In this document: positions 28,587 through 37,596 of the stretch, piece by piece
Layout: each line of letters begins with the position of its first letter
Numbering within the stretch: position 1 is the first letter of the stretch
Source of the DNA: an uncultured Thermococci archaeon
Lineage (GTDB): Archaea > CAYQAE01 > CAYVLA01
Reading direction: 5' to 3'
DNA: 64,000 bases
Assembly: GCA_964549615.1 (NCBI GenBank)
Contig: CAZJVP010000088.1
Span: forward strand, 25,868-89,867
The notes under the pieces: model-generated
What the model was told of the DNA's origin: nothing
Seen by the model: the letters and a program-made list of their open reading frames with translations, nothing else
The model's database searches: none
Made by a program: the position numbers and the translations under genes

Positions 28587-29474
28587 TCAGTCCCCAAGGG
28601 GCAGAGCCGGATAGAGCAAGGCCGCGCAGAAGCTCAGTGCGATTGCGGGGAAACCCAGGCATACCACTAGGGGGATGTCGGTTCTCGGCAGCGTCCCGGC
28701 GGAGACGATCTTGGCGATCTGGTGCTGGGGGGCCGGGCCGGGCGCCTGGCTTAGATAGGAGAGCATGGAGACCATGGAGTCGTACTCGAGGGGATAGGGT
28801 AGATAGCCAGGCCCGCCCTGGAGGAAGACCCTCACAGGCTCCGGCATGGACCCAAACCAACTCGTCGAATTGACGGCATCGCGGCAGTCCCTGATGCTGA
28901 TCGCCTGATCGCGCACCCTTCCTGCAACTGGCTTCCATTGGCGTGAGAATACCATGTCGTCCACCACGATGTAGAGCTCGGAATGGATGTGCACGTACGT
29001 TTTCGGCATGTAGACGTAGCTTGATGCCGAAACGACCGATCTGATTGCTATCAGGCAGGCCACGATGACGCAGAAATAAGTTAGATCCCGCCACAGGATG
29101 TGCCACCCGGAAGATGGTTCTGAGCGAAGATAGACTATCATAACGATCGTCAGGCCCAGCCCGAGCGCAAGGACGGTTACTGGGGGATCCAGAATTCCGT
29201 CGCCCAGACGGAACCTTTGGCTCGCGAGGTTGAGCGCATCGTGAAAGAGGAAGAGGTTGAAGATCGGCCCGGTGTCCAACTTCCGGTCGCCGAAGAACCT
29301 GGAGGCCTGCGGAAGGACGGCCAAGATTCCCATGACGAACATGAGCGTAGCGATCTCGAGGCCAGTCACGCTCGATTTGGGCAGCCCCCGCCTCCGCCTG
29401 GGCATTTCGATTCCAAAGGCGACGATGCAGCCTGCCAGCAGAGCGCCGAAGAGAAAATGCCCGGCAGGGTGCAT
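28587..29474 (-). CDS. Membrane protein with a metal-hydrolase-like N-terminus and a C-terminal TM
   Basis: MHPAGHFLFG, GILAVLPQ, FLFHDAL, several TMs; directly upstream of the sortase. Confidence 0.6.
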   Translation of the reverse strand: MHPAGHFLFGALLAGCIVAFGIEMPRRRRGLPKSSVTGLEIATLMFVMGILAVLPQASRFFGDRKLDTGPIFNLFLFHDALNLASQRFRLGDGILDPPVTVLALGLGLTIVMIVYLRSEPSSGWHILWRDLTYFCVIVACLIAIRSVVSASSYVYMPKTYVHIHSELYIVVDDMVFSRQWKPVAGRVRDQAISIRDCRDAVNSTSWFGSMPEPVRVFLQGGPGYLPYPLEYDSMVSMLSYLSQAPGPAPQHQIAKIVSAGTLPRTDIPLVVCLGFPAIALSFCAALLYPALPLGD

Positions 29475-29580
29475 CGCCAAGAACCCCCTCGATCAACTCA
29501 TTAATCTTTCACCCGCCCAGGAGGCAGCCGCACAGGCGTCTGGCCTGCCGCTTCCCCTGTAGGTACGGTCACCGACTGGC

Positions 29581-31341
29581 TCACACGACGCGATAGCAGT
29601 AGTTGAAACGTCCGTTTGGGGCCGCATCGCCGTTCAGGGTGAAGTCCTCGATGCTGTCCTCCTCTTGGAAGTTGTCGGCCCACTTGAACTCGAACTCCAG
29701 CGGCACGTCTCCGTCGGGCAGCCCGAGCGCCCGGCGAGGAACGGCGAGCATGAGCTCATTGTCCCTCGCCCGAAAAGCGACCTCTGAGGCAACTTGCCAG
29801 TTCCACCCATGTTTGGTGACCTCCAGGAAGCTTGTGGTTGCATCCTTGATTCGACGGTTCACCGCAAAGTCGTATCCCTCCCAACCGGTCCTGTGGTTGC
29901 GGTCGATGTCCAGGAAAAGCACCATCCAGTTTGGGTCGGTATGCGGCGTAATGGCCTGCTTCGTCCGCGCGTAGAAATAGAGGAAATGATCGTCCCGCGC
30001 CACCTTGAGTGCGACGAAGTCGTTGCGGCCCGTCTCGTTCACGTACCGGGTCACCGTGTTGTAGCCCGGATGGTCTCGGTGGAATGTGTCCCCAATATCG
30101 TCCCGATACTCCGGCCCCACCTCGTCCCACTGCGAGAAGTCTCCGTCGAGGTCGATCGTCTTCGGAGCAGAGGCCGTGGGGATGGGCCGGACGCCCTTGA
30201 AACGGCGGACGTAGCTGACCATCTGGTAGTAGTAGTTGTCGCCATGCCCACCCCTCATCGGCTCTATGTCCCGGCTGTTCTCCTGGTTGAAGGTATCCAC
30301 GAACATAACCGGCATCCTCACCCCCAAGAACTCGTTGAACCTTCCCCCAAACCACTCGTTCCAGCCCGTCACGAAGACGAACTTCGGATCCTGCTCAAGC
30401 GCCCTTTCCCACTGCTCAGCGAAGTTGAGCCCATGGAGCACGGAGTCGGGGTCGGTTGAATGCTGGCCGCGGTGGAAGCTGCGACCCAGCGCACCGGGCT
30501 CGCTGAAGGTACCCAGTCTCAGTCCCTTCGAGTCCTTCACCGCGTTCTGGGCAACGCCGACCGTCATCTCTTCCCGCTCACCTCGGTCGTTGTAGAACAC
30601 GTGCTGCGGATAGACCTCAAGCCACCCCCACATGTTGGGCTCGGTCGGCCCGGCAAAGTAGTCCGGCTGCGGCCGGCGGAAGGTGAAGAAATCCAAGAGC
30701 TCCGGGTTCACCTGCTTCGGGTTGGCCAGAATCAGCGGCTTTCCCTCCCACCGGAACCATAGCTCCTCGTAGAGACCCCTGGAATAGAGCTCGTCATAGA
30801 GTTGCTGCACCGTGCTTGCCGGATCCCAGAAGGGTGCAAGGAACGCAGCATAGGGCGTCCTGTTTCCCTCCCGCCGGACCTCAGTCAGGACGTCAAAGAG
30901 TGCCGTGTAGTTTTGCTTGTAGGTGATCTTGTTGCTCGTGTCGAAGATGAGCGTGTCGACGCGAGCATCGGCAAGCATCTGGGCATGTTTGCGCAAGACC
31001 CACTTGTCATCCCCGAGGTAATAGCCAAAGAGCGGCTCGCCCCAGTGGTGTGGGGCATGCAAAGGGCCCCACAGGGGGCTGTCGCCCTTCTTCATCGCCT
31101 CCGGGTCCTGGCGAAGAATCCTAGTGATGTCATAAGGGCCGCCGGCGACATGCGCGCCGTGCCAGAGGAAGTAGAAGATGCCCACCCAGCGATCGGGCCG
31201 GGGCGGCCCCACTTCCTCGAATGTCGGGATCCTTCGCCCCAGGCCATCCGTACCAACCCAGGTGTCGCTGAAATTGTCCCAACTAGCACCGCATTGGCTC
31301 ACTTGAATTCCTCTTTCATCCGATCCACATGTGCGGGTCAT
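29581..31341 (-). CDS. Uncharacterised glycoside hydrolase-like protein (GH99/GH71-like TIM barrel plus beta domain)
   Basis: VGIFYFLWHG, HHWGEPLFGYY, KHAQMLADARVD, VTGWNEW, SRDIEP; start uncertain. Confidence 0.7.
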   Translation of the reverse strand: MTRTCGSDERGIQVSQCGASWDNFSDTWVGTDGLGRRIPTFEEVGPPRPDRWVGIFYFLWHGAHVAGGPYDITRILRQDPEAMKKGDSPLWGPLHAPHHWGEPLFGYYLGDDKWVLRKHAQMLADARVDTLIFDTSNKITYKQNYTALFDVLTEVRREGNRTPYAAFLAPFWDPASTVQQLYDELYSRGLYEELWFRWEGKPLILANPKQVNPELLDFFTFRRPQPDYFAGPTEPNMWGWLEVYPQHVFYNDRGEREEMTVGVAQNAVKDSKGLRLGTFSEPGALGRSFHRGQHSTDPDSVLHGLNFAEQWERALEQDPKFVFVTGWNEWFGGRFNEFLGVRMPVMFVDTFNQENSRDIEPMRGGHGDNYYYQMVSYVRRFKGVRPIPTASAPKTIDLDGDFSQWDEVGPEYRDDIGDTFHRDHPGYNTVTRYVNETGRNDFVALKVARDDHFLYFYARTKQAITPHTDPNWMVLFLDIDRNHRTGWEGYDFAVNRRIKDATTSFLEVTKHGWNWQVASEVAFRARDNELMLAVPRRALGLPDGDVPLEFEFKWADNFQEEDSIEDFTLNGDAAPNGRFNYCYRVV

Positions 31342-31576
31342 CGCCCCATGGCCGCATATCGCCCAAAGGCGGAATGATTCTTCTTTCTTGCCTTACGCCC
31401 TCGCCAACCGTCAATCCGAGTCTGGTTCGGCAACGAGGAACGTTCGCACCGCCCCCAGTCGATCAGGGATACCGGCCCCTCCGTTGGGGCCCTGACCTGC
31501 CGAGCGCGGACCGCTCTGATCCAAGAAGGTGACTCCAGACACATTTAAGAGAATTTCCGGCCGAGCGCCACGGGGA

Positions 31577-32827
31577 ATGGATTCCAACAAGGTCGTTGTG
31601 ATCGGGCTGGGAAGGATAGGGCTTCCGAGTGCTGTCTGCTTTGCCCAAGCTGGTTTGGACGTCGTCGGTGTCGATGTGGACGAGGCCAGACTGAGAAGCA
31701 TACAGGCTGGAGAGGTCCATCCCCTAGAGCCCGGTCTCAAGGACGCTGTCGCAAGTTCCATCAGTTCGGGTAGGCTTCGGCTCTCCACCGCCCCCGAGCC
31801 AGCTGACGCGTTCGTCCTCTGCCTGCCCACTCCTCTGGACGAGGACCAGCACTGTGACCTCACCTACCTGGGCAAGGGGCTCGATGAAATTGCCAAGGTG
31901 ATCCGACCGGGAAATCTCATCGTCATCGAAAGCACGGTTCCGGTCCATACGACGCGCGACTTCGCGCTACCCCGGCTGAGGTCGGCGGGCGTCGACATCG
32001 ACTCCGTGCTAGTTGCCTACGCCCCAGAGCGGATCACGTCCGGAAACATGCTTGAGGAAATGCGCAAGGGCGACAGAATCATCGGCGGCATCACCAAGGC
32101 GGCCGCAGAGGCGGCGAGGGACCTGTACAGGGCCTTCGTATTAGGCGAAATCCTGCTGACCGACGCCTCCACCGCCGAGCTTGTGAAGTTGATCGAGAAT
32201 ACCTACAGGGACGTGAACATAGCCCTGGCCAACGAGATCGCCCTGTTCTGCGACAAAGAAGGACTGAACGTCTGGGAGGCGATCGCCCTCGCAAACCGGC
32301 ACCCGAGGGTGAACATACATACCCCAGGCCCTGGGGTTGGAGGCCACTGCATCCCCGTTGTGCCCCACTTCCTTGCCCAGGCAACAAAGCATAGCACGCT
32401 CATCCTTGCAGCCCGCCAGGTCAACGACTCGATGCCTAGGTACATCGCGAACCTCATCCTGAGGGAGGTCGCCGATCTGGAGAAGCCCAAGGTCGCGCTC
32501 ATGGGCGTCGCATACAAAGCGAATGCGTACGATCCCGTTAACAGCCCAGCCCTTCAGGTACGCGCATTCTTGGAGAAGGAAAAGCTGGAGCTTGTCCTCT
32601 GCGATCCACTGGTCCGCCAGACCGACCTTCATCTGGTCGACATTCCGGAGGCAATCGCCTCGGACTGCGTGGTATTCCTCGTGCCCCATAACGTGTTTAG
32701 ACAGATCAAGCCGGGCAAGCCAGTCAGGGGCAGGGGCACCGTCATAGATGCCGGAAACTGCATAGAGGCCGAGCAATGGGCGTCCCGGGGCTGGACGGTC
32801 AGGGGCTTTGCCAGGGGCAGGCACTAG
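31577..32827 (+). CDS. wecC: UDP-N-acetyl-mannosamine dehydrogenase (nucleotide-sugar dehydrogenase)
   Basis: GLGRIGLP, ESTV, PER, KLIENTYRDVNIALANE, PGPGVGGHCIP. Confidence 0.88.
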   Translation: MDSNKVVVIGLGRIGLPSAVCFAQAGLDVVGVDVDEARLRSIQAGEVHPLEPGLKDAVASSISSGRLRLSTAPEPADAFVLCLPTPLDEDQHCDLTYLGKGLDEIAKVIRPGNLIVIESTVPVHTTRDFALPRLRSAGVDIDSVLVAYAPERITSGNMLEEMRKGDRIIGGITKAAAEAARDLYRAFVLGEILLTDASTAELVKLIENTYRDVNIALANEIALFCDKEGLNVWEAIALANRHPRVNIHTPGPGVGGHCIPVVPHFLAQATKHSTLILAARQVNDSMPRYIANLILREVADLEKPKVALMGVAYKANAYDPVNSPALQVRAFLEKEKLELVLCDPLVRQTDLHLVDIPEAIASDCVVFLVPHNVFRQIKPGKPVRGRGTVIDAGNCIEAEQWASRGWTVRGFARGRH

Positions 32828-34005
32828 GGTTTCGCTCTGGCAAAGCTGATCATCCTAACCCTCCCCCGCTGGGCATCGACCTGAGCTATCACGAACTTCT
32901 TCTTCACGCTCGCCGCCAACCGGCCCGCCCTCACGATCTCGGTAGGGGTGATGCTGGAGGTGCTGGGGTAGACATGTATGAGGAAGGGGGCGTGGTCAAG
33001 CCCGGGCCCGTACTCATAGACCGCGAAGTCAACTCCGAATTTCATCCCGGACTTCACGACCAATCCGGAGTCCTTGAGCTTCTGGTACACTATGTACCTC
33101 TCACGGAAGTGAGGTTCGCTCAGCGCAGCCTTGGCCAGCTGGTCGACGCTCACTCCCGCTTCCCCGTCCTCAAGCCTTACCCGCCCTAGGCCTGCCAGGT
33201 AGAGAAGCTCGGTGAATGAGAGCATGATCGGCTTCTCAAAGTCCATGGAACGGGGCTTCCTTATCCCTATCGGCTTGCCGAAATAGCCCTCCCTGTAAAG
33301 GCTCAAGGCGCCAAGGGGGTCCCAAACCACGGCCATGGGGCCGACGATCTGCGCCGCGTCCTTGCGATCGGGCGAGTAGCGCACAGCAGGCCTCGTTGTG
33401 AATCTCTTCATCTCGTAGTAGGAGACCTCTCCCTCCTCGTCGACGAGTGCAAGATAGACCGCCTTCTTGAAGCGCCCTGCAATCGTGAGGACCCGTTCGA
33501 GCTCATCCAGCGCGATGCTCTGGTTTCTAGAGTACACCGCGACGAGGTGGGTGCAGGGCTTTCCGGGCTTCTCGAAAAACCAAAGGTAAGGCATCTCAGC
33601 CGTCCCCGCTTTCAGCCTGCGCCCCTTGCTCCTCATGTCTCGGTAGACCAGGTACTTGAGGAAGAACGATGCATCCGAGGCCAATCCCCTCTTCAGAATC
33701 GCTTGGAAAGGAATCTCCCTTCCGTCATCAACTATCCGCAGCACGCCGCGGCGTTGGAGGTAGAAAGCGGCGACGTCCGGCAGAAGCAACCCACCGTCCT
33801 CGGGAAATCCGTGATCCAACTCCACCAACGATCCCGGGCTCTCGACGAGGACCCCTTCCTCGACCAACTTCCCGGTGTAGGTTTCGACGATCTCCTCGGC
33901 CGCCTCTTCGCCCTCTTGGGACTCATCCAAGTCCGTCGGCTTTTCGAGCTCCTCCTCCAACTCTTCGTCAGAATCCTCAGGCAGGATCGACACCTGCATC
34001 ACCAC
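32824..34005 (-). CDS. endA: tRNA-splicing endonuclease, two-unit fusion (structural plus catalytic) with a CSL-like loop
   Basis: Unit 1 YLVYRDMRSKG...LVDEEGEVSYY lacks the triad; unit 2 GMKFGVDFAVY, DHAP, VKKK (Y/H/K); GYFGKPIGIRKP loop. Confidence 0.9.
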   Translation of the reverse strand: MVMQVSILPEDSDEELEEELEKPTDLDESQEGEEAAEEIVETYTGKLVEEGVLVESPGSLVELDHGFPEDGGLLLPDVAAFYLQRRGVLRIVDDGREIPFQAILKRGLASDASFFLKYLVYRDMRSKGRRLKAGTAEMPYLWFFEKPGKPCTHLVAVYSRNQSIALDELERVLTIAGRFKKAVYLALVDEEGEVSYYEMKRFTTRPAVRYSPDRKDAAQIVGPMAVVWDPLGALSLYREGYFGKPIGIRKPRSMDFEKPIMLSFTELLYLAGLGRVRLEDGEAGVSVDQLAKAALSEPHFRERYIVYQKLKDSGLVVKSGMKFGVDFAVYEYGPGLDHAPFLIHVYPSTSSITPTEIVRAGRLAASVKKKFVIAQVDAQRGRVRMISFARAKP

Positions 34006-34209
34006 GCGACCAGAGGTAGAAGCAACGCCGCAGGGGTCCCTACTCCCCCCGATCGATCGTACGGGTCCCTAACAATCATTTTAAATCTTTCCGGCTCCTG
34101 CCGCCCTTCGCCTGGGATCGCGCTCGTGCGGATCGAGCCCGGCAACGCATGCGCGCCCTTCCCGGCATAAGGAAAGACATATTTCCGGCATTTCCTGCTT
34201 CCCGCGCGA

Positions 34210-36006
34210 ATGAGGATAGCGATACTCGATCGAGACCGGTGCAAGGGCGGGAAAGACTGTCCCTACATCTGCGTCAGGTTCTGCCCCGGCGTGCGCATGG
34301 GAGACGAGACCATTCTGATAGACCAGGGCACAGCCAAGCCGGTCATCAGCGAGTCCCTATGCTCCGGTTGCGGAATTTGCGTGAACAAGTGCCAGTTCGG
34401 TGCGCTCACAATAATCAACCTCTTGGAGCCGCCAAAGGAGCCACCCGTGCATCGCTACGGCGAGAACGCTTTCCGCCTCTTCGGCCTGCCCATACCGCGG
34501 GCGGGCAAGGTCGTAGGGATAATCGGCCAGAACGGCGTTGGGAAGACGACGGCGATGAAGATACTCTCAGGGGAGATGAAGCCCAACCTGGGAGACCTGA
34601 AGGGCGGCAGCAAGAGCTGGGAAGAAGTTGCAGACTTCTTCAGGGGGTCGGAACTGCAACCCTACTTTCAAGAGATCTCGGCTGGGACGCTGCGGGCAGT
34701 GATGAAGCCGCAGAGCATCGGCCAGCTACCCAAGATCGCCAAGGGGACCGCGGGAGCGCTCCTGGATAGGGCCGACGAGCGCGGCGTCTTTGAGCACGTC
34801 GTCAAGGGACTGGACTTCGAGGAGGCGCTGGAAAAGGAGGTGTCGAGCTTGAGCGGCGGGGAGCTTCAGCGCCTAACCATAGGCGCGGTGCTGGCGAAGG
34901 ACGCTGACGTGTACTTCTTCGACGAGCCCACGTCCTATCTGGACATCTACCAACGTCTCAACGCCTCGAAGATGATCCGCGAGCTCGCGGAGCAAGGCAA
35001 GTCGGTCGTATTGATCGAGCACGATATGACCTCGCTAGACTACATGAGCGACTACGTGCATCTCCTCGTGGGCGTCCCCGGCGCGTACGGTCGGGTCTCG
35101 GCCATAAGGTCGGTAGGGGCGGGGATAAACGCATATCTGGATGGTTTCTTGCCCCAGGAGAACTTGAGAATTCGCGATTATCCTGTTCGCTTCAAGATCC
35201 ACAGCCCGCTGGCAACGCAGGAGGGAAGCGAACTGACGAGCTTCACCACCCTCAGGAAGTCGTTTGGCTCCGAGTTTTCGCTGGTCGTTGATGGGGCTCA
35301 GATCCTCCAGAACGCGGTCGTCGGCATCTTCGGATCAAACGCGACCGGCAAGTCCACGTTCGTGAGGATGATCGCCGGTGAGATAGAGCCGGACGAGGGC
35401 AGGATCACCAAGAAGGTCACTGTTAGCTACAAGCCGCAGTACGTCACGGTGCAGAACGACGAACCTGTTTGCGAGCTGCTGCGCAGGGTTGCACAGGACA
35501 AGTTCGAGACATCGATCTACAGGACGCAGATTCTGAAGCCGTTGGGCATCACGAGGCTCATGGACCTCAACTTGTCGACGCTGAGCGGAGGCGAGATCCA
35601 GAAGGTTGCTGTGACCGAGGCCCTGTCCAGGGATGCACAGTTGATAGTCCTGGACGAGCCCACGGCTCACATCGACGTCGAGGACAGGCTCATCCTCTCA
35701 GGCGTGATCAGGGACGTGGTCGAGAAGGGAAACAAGGGATGTCTCGTGGTCGATCACGACACGCAGTTCCTCGATGTGGTGTCAGACGCGCTCATGATCT
35801 TCGAGGGCAGGCCGGGCGTCGAGGGACACGGCATGGGGCCATTCGATAAGAGGGCCGGCATGAACAGGTTCCTCAGCAAGATGCAGATCACATACAGGCG
35901 CGACCTTCACACGGGAAGGCCGAGGATAAACAAGGAAGGAAGTAAGCTAGACAAGGAGCAGAAAAGGAAAGGAGAGTACTACTATGTGCCACTCACAGGC
36001 TCCTAA
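34210..36006 (+). CDS. rli: Ribosome recycling ATPase ABCE1/RLI
   Basis: N-terminal FeS cysteines, HRYGENAF, two ABC cassettes, RPRINK, GEYYY. Confidence 0.96.
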   Translation: MRIAILDRDRCKGGKDCPYICVRFCPGVRMGDETILIDQGTAKPVISESLCSGCGICVNKCQFGALTIINLLEPPKEPPVHRYGENAFRLFGLPIPRAGKVVGIIGQNGVGKTTAMKILSGEMKPNLGDLKGGSKSWEEVADFFRGSELQPYFQEISAGTLRAVMKPQSIGQLPKIAKGTAGALLDRADERGVFEHVVKGLDFEEALEKEVSSLSGGELQRLTIGAVLAKDADVYFFDEPTSYLDIYQRLNASKMIRELAEQGKSVVLIEHDMTSLDYMSDYVHLLVGVPGAYGRVSAIRSVGAGINAYLDGFLPQENLRIRDYPVRFKIHSPLATQEGSELTSFTTLRKSFGSEFSLVVDGAQILQNAVVGIFGSNATGKSTFVRMIAGEIEPDEGRITKKVTVSYKPQYVTVQNDEPVCELLRRVAQDKFETSIYRTQILKPLGITRLMDLNLSTLSGGEIQKVAVTEALSRDAQLIVLDEPTAHIDVEDRLILSGVIRDVVEKGNKGCLVVDHDTQFLDVVSDALMIFEGRPGVEGHGMGPFDKRAGMNRFLSKMQITYRRDLHTGRPRINKEGSKLDKEQKRKGEYYYVPLTGS

Positions 36007-36536
36007 CCGAGCCCGAGCAGGGCGGTGATCTCCGACAGCGACAAGAGGTAGTTGGAGTCCTTGTTGAGGTTGTAGTCCGTCCTCAGCAGGTAGGCATCGA
36101 TGCCAAGCTGCCTGCTCGGAAGTATGTCCCTCTCGTAGCTATCGCCGACGACTATGACGTCCTTCTTCCCGACGCCGAGCTGAAACATGGCGTACTTGAA
36201 GGGCACGAGCTCCTCCTTTTTCGCCTGAACCAGGGACGAGGTGACGACGACGTCGAAGTACTGCCTGATGCCGAAGTGTTCCAACAACGCGACCAAGCAT
36301 TCTTGGATGTGGTTGGAAACCAGCGCGACCTTCACCCCATTGTTCCTCAGAGTCTTGAGCACCGGTATGAGCTTAGGATCGAGCTTCAGTTCCTGGTCCA
36401 CATACTGGGTGACCAGCTTCATATCGTTGTTCAGAAGGTACAGGTCGATTATCTTGTTCCTAACGATCTCGGGATGCAGACCGCTGACCGATCCCCAGAG
36501 AACCCCATCCGCGTCGAGGAAAACCGCCTTGGCCAT
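36003..36536 (-). CDS. HAD-family hydrolase
   Basis: FLDADGVL, VSN, K, VGDSYERD. Confidence 0.88.
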   Translation of the reverse strand: MAKAVFLDADGVLWGSVSGLHPEIVRNKIIDLYLLNNDMKLVTQYVDQELKLDPKLIPVLKTLRNNGVKVALVSNHIQECLVALLEHFGIRQYFDVVVTSSLVQAKKEELVPFKYAMFQLGVGKKDVIVVGDSYERDILPSRQLGIDAYLLRTDYNLNKDSNYLLSLSEITALLGLG

Positions 36537-36586
36537 TTCGCAACACGTTCGCGATGGCCCGTAAAAGTCTTTCGATGGGCGGGCGA

Positions 36587-37009
36587 TCACTCGACAGCGA
36601 ACTCCACCTCTCTTCCCCATCTATCGTAGCCCTTGACCGACGCCCTCGAATACGGACTGGCAACGATGAAGTGAACCAGGCCGTTTCTGCCGAAGAAACG
36701 GATGTCGGCCTCGGACGGCGTCGGGCTTCCCATGGGATGGCTGTGGATGGAGCCGACGGTCTGCGTCGTCATGGGCAGCAACCCGATATCCATGAGCACG
36801 CTGCCCTCACCAGAAAGGAAGTGGGGCATCACATAGCCCGTTATGCGGAGCGTGTTTCCCTGGATATCGCCCTCCAGGAGGGCGCCGAACTCTCGAGGGC
36901 TCGAGCTACTGGCGGCCCCGAGCACGTCGTCGAGCACCTCGGAGTCCATCACCACGCGGATCGGACGCCTCTTTCGTACTCCGAAGATCCTGTCAAAGAT
37001 CCCGGGCAC
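36587..37009 (-). CDS. JAMM/MPN+ metalloprotease (desampylase-like)
   Basis: PREFGALL...SIHSHP...PSEAD intact; probable GTG start at 37009 although the frame is open to 37267. Confidence 0.88.
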   Translation of the reverse strand: MPGIFDRIFGVRKRRPIRVVMDSEVLDDVLGAASSSSPREFGALLEGDIQGNTLRITGYVMPHFLSGEGSVLMDIGLLPMTTQTVGSIHSHPMGSPTPSEADIRFFGRNGLVHFIVASPYSRASVKGYDRWGREVEFAVE

Positions 37010-37317
37010 GAAACCCGGATAGGACGGGAGAAGAAAAACCCTTTTCCTCCCCAAACTCGTAATCCGGCGGGAAGCCTCAAACCCCCGCCGCCGTTCCGGA
37101 CAACGCGCAAGTTGACGGGCTGGGACCTGGAAGGCCCTCGAGACTCTGTCAACCACAGGACGAGGCGCGATTCTTCCAGTGTAGGAGGGCCAGCTCGCCT
37201 CCAGGCCGGTCACGCGAACCAGCCCCCTCACCGCATTCGGCCCGGTCTCCCGGACGCGGTTCTCCAACTCGAGGACGACCTTAGTGAGCTTTCAACGTCA
37301 TGACAACGGAGCTGGGC

Positions 37318-37596
37318 CTAACCACCAGCGGAGGCGGGCAGGATGCTCACCACATCGCCCTCGGATAGGACCGTGCGCGATCCAGCTGAGAGTTGGACGC
37401 TCAGCCCATTTAGAAGAACGGAGAGGCCAGGGGGTATCGCACCACCTGAGGAGATGAGCTTGGACCGACCTTTGATCCTGCCCTGCAGGAGCCGGAGCAG
37501 ATCGCCGACGTCTGAGCCTGACCGCAGTCTGACGTCGAACTCATGGCCCAGGGCTCTTCCGAGCTGCGCGAATGCCCTCACCCTCACCCTAATCAT
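37318..37596 (-). CDS. MoaD/ThiS/SAMP ubiquitin-like protein
   Basis: VRAFAQL, VLLNG, LSEGDVVSILPASAGG ending in Gly-Gly; overlaps the AOR stop. Confidence 0.9.
   Translation of the reverse strand: MIRVRVRAFAQLGRALGHEFDVRLRSGSDVGDLLRLLQGRIKGRSKLISSGGAIPPGLSVLLNGLSVQLSAGSRTVLSEGDVVSILPASAGG

Noticed and set aside
31342-31576. Possible ncRNA in the divergent intergenic region (GGCCCC/GGGGCC hairpin)
   Set aside because: No tRNA, SRP, RNase P or clear C/D-box architecture recognisable; short GC hairpins are common
34006-34209. Intergenic palindromes between endA and rli
   Set aside because: Explained by divergent promoters; no recognisable RNA structure
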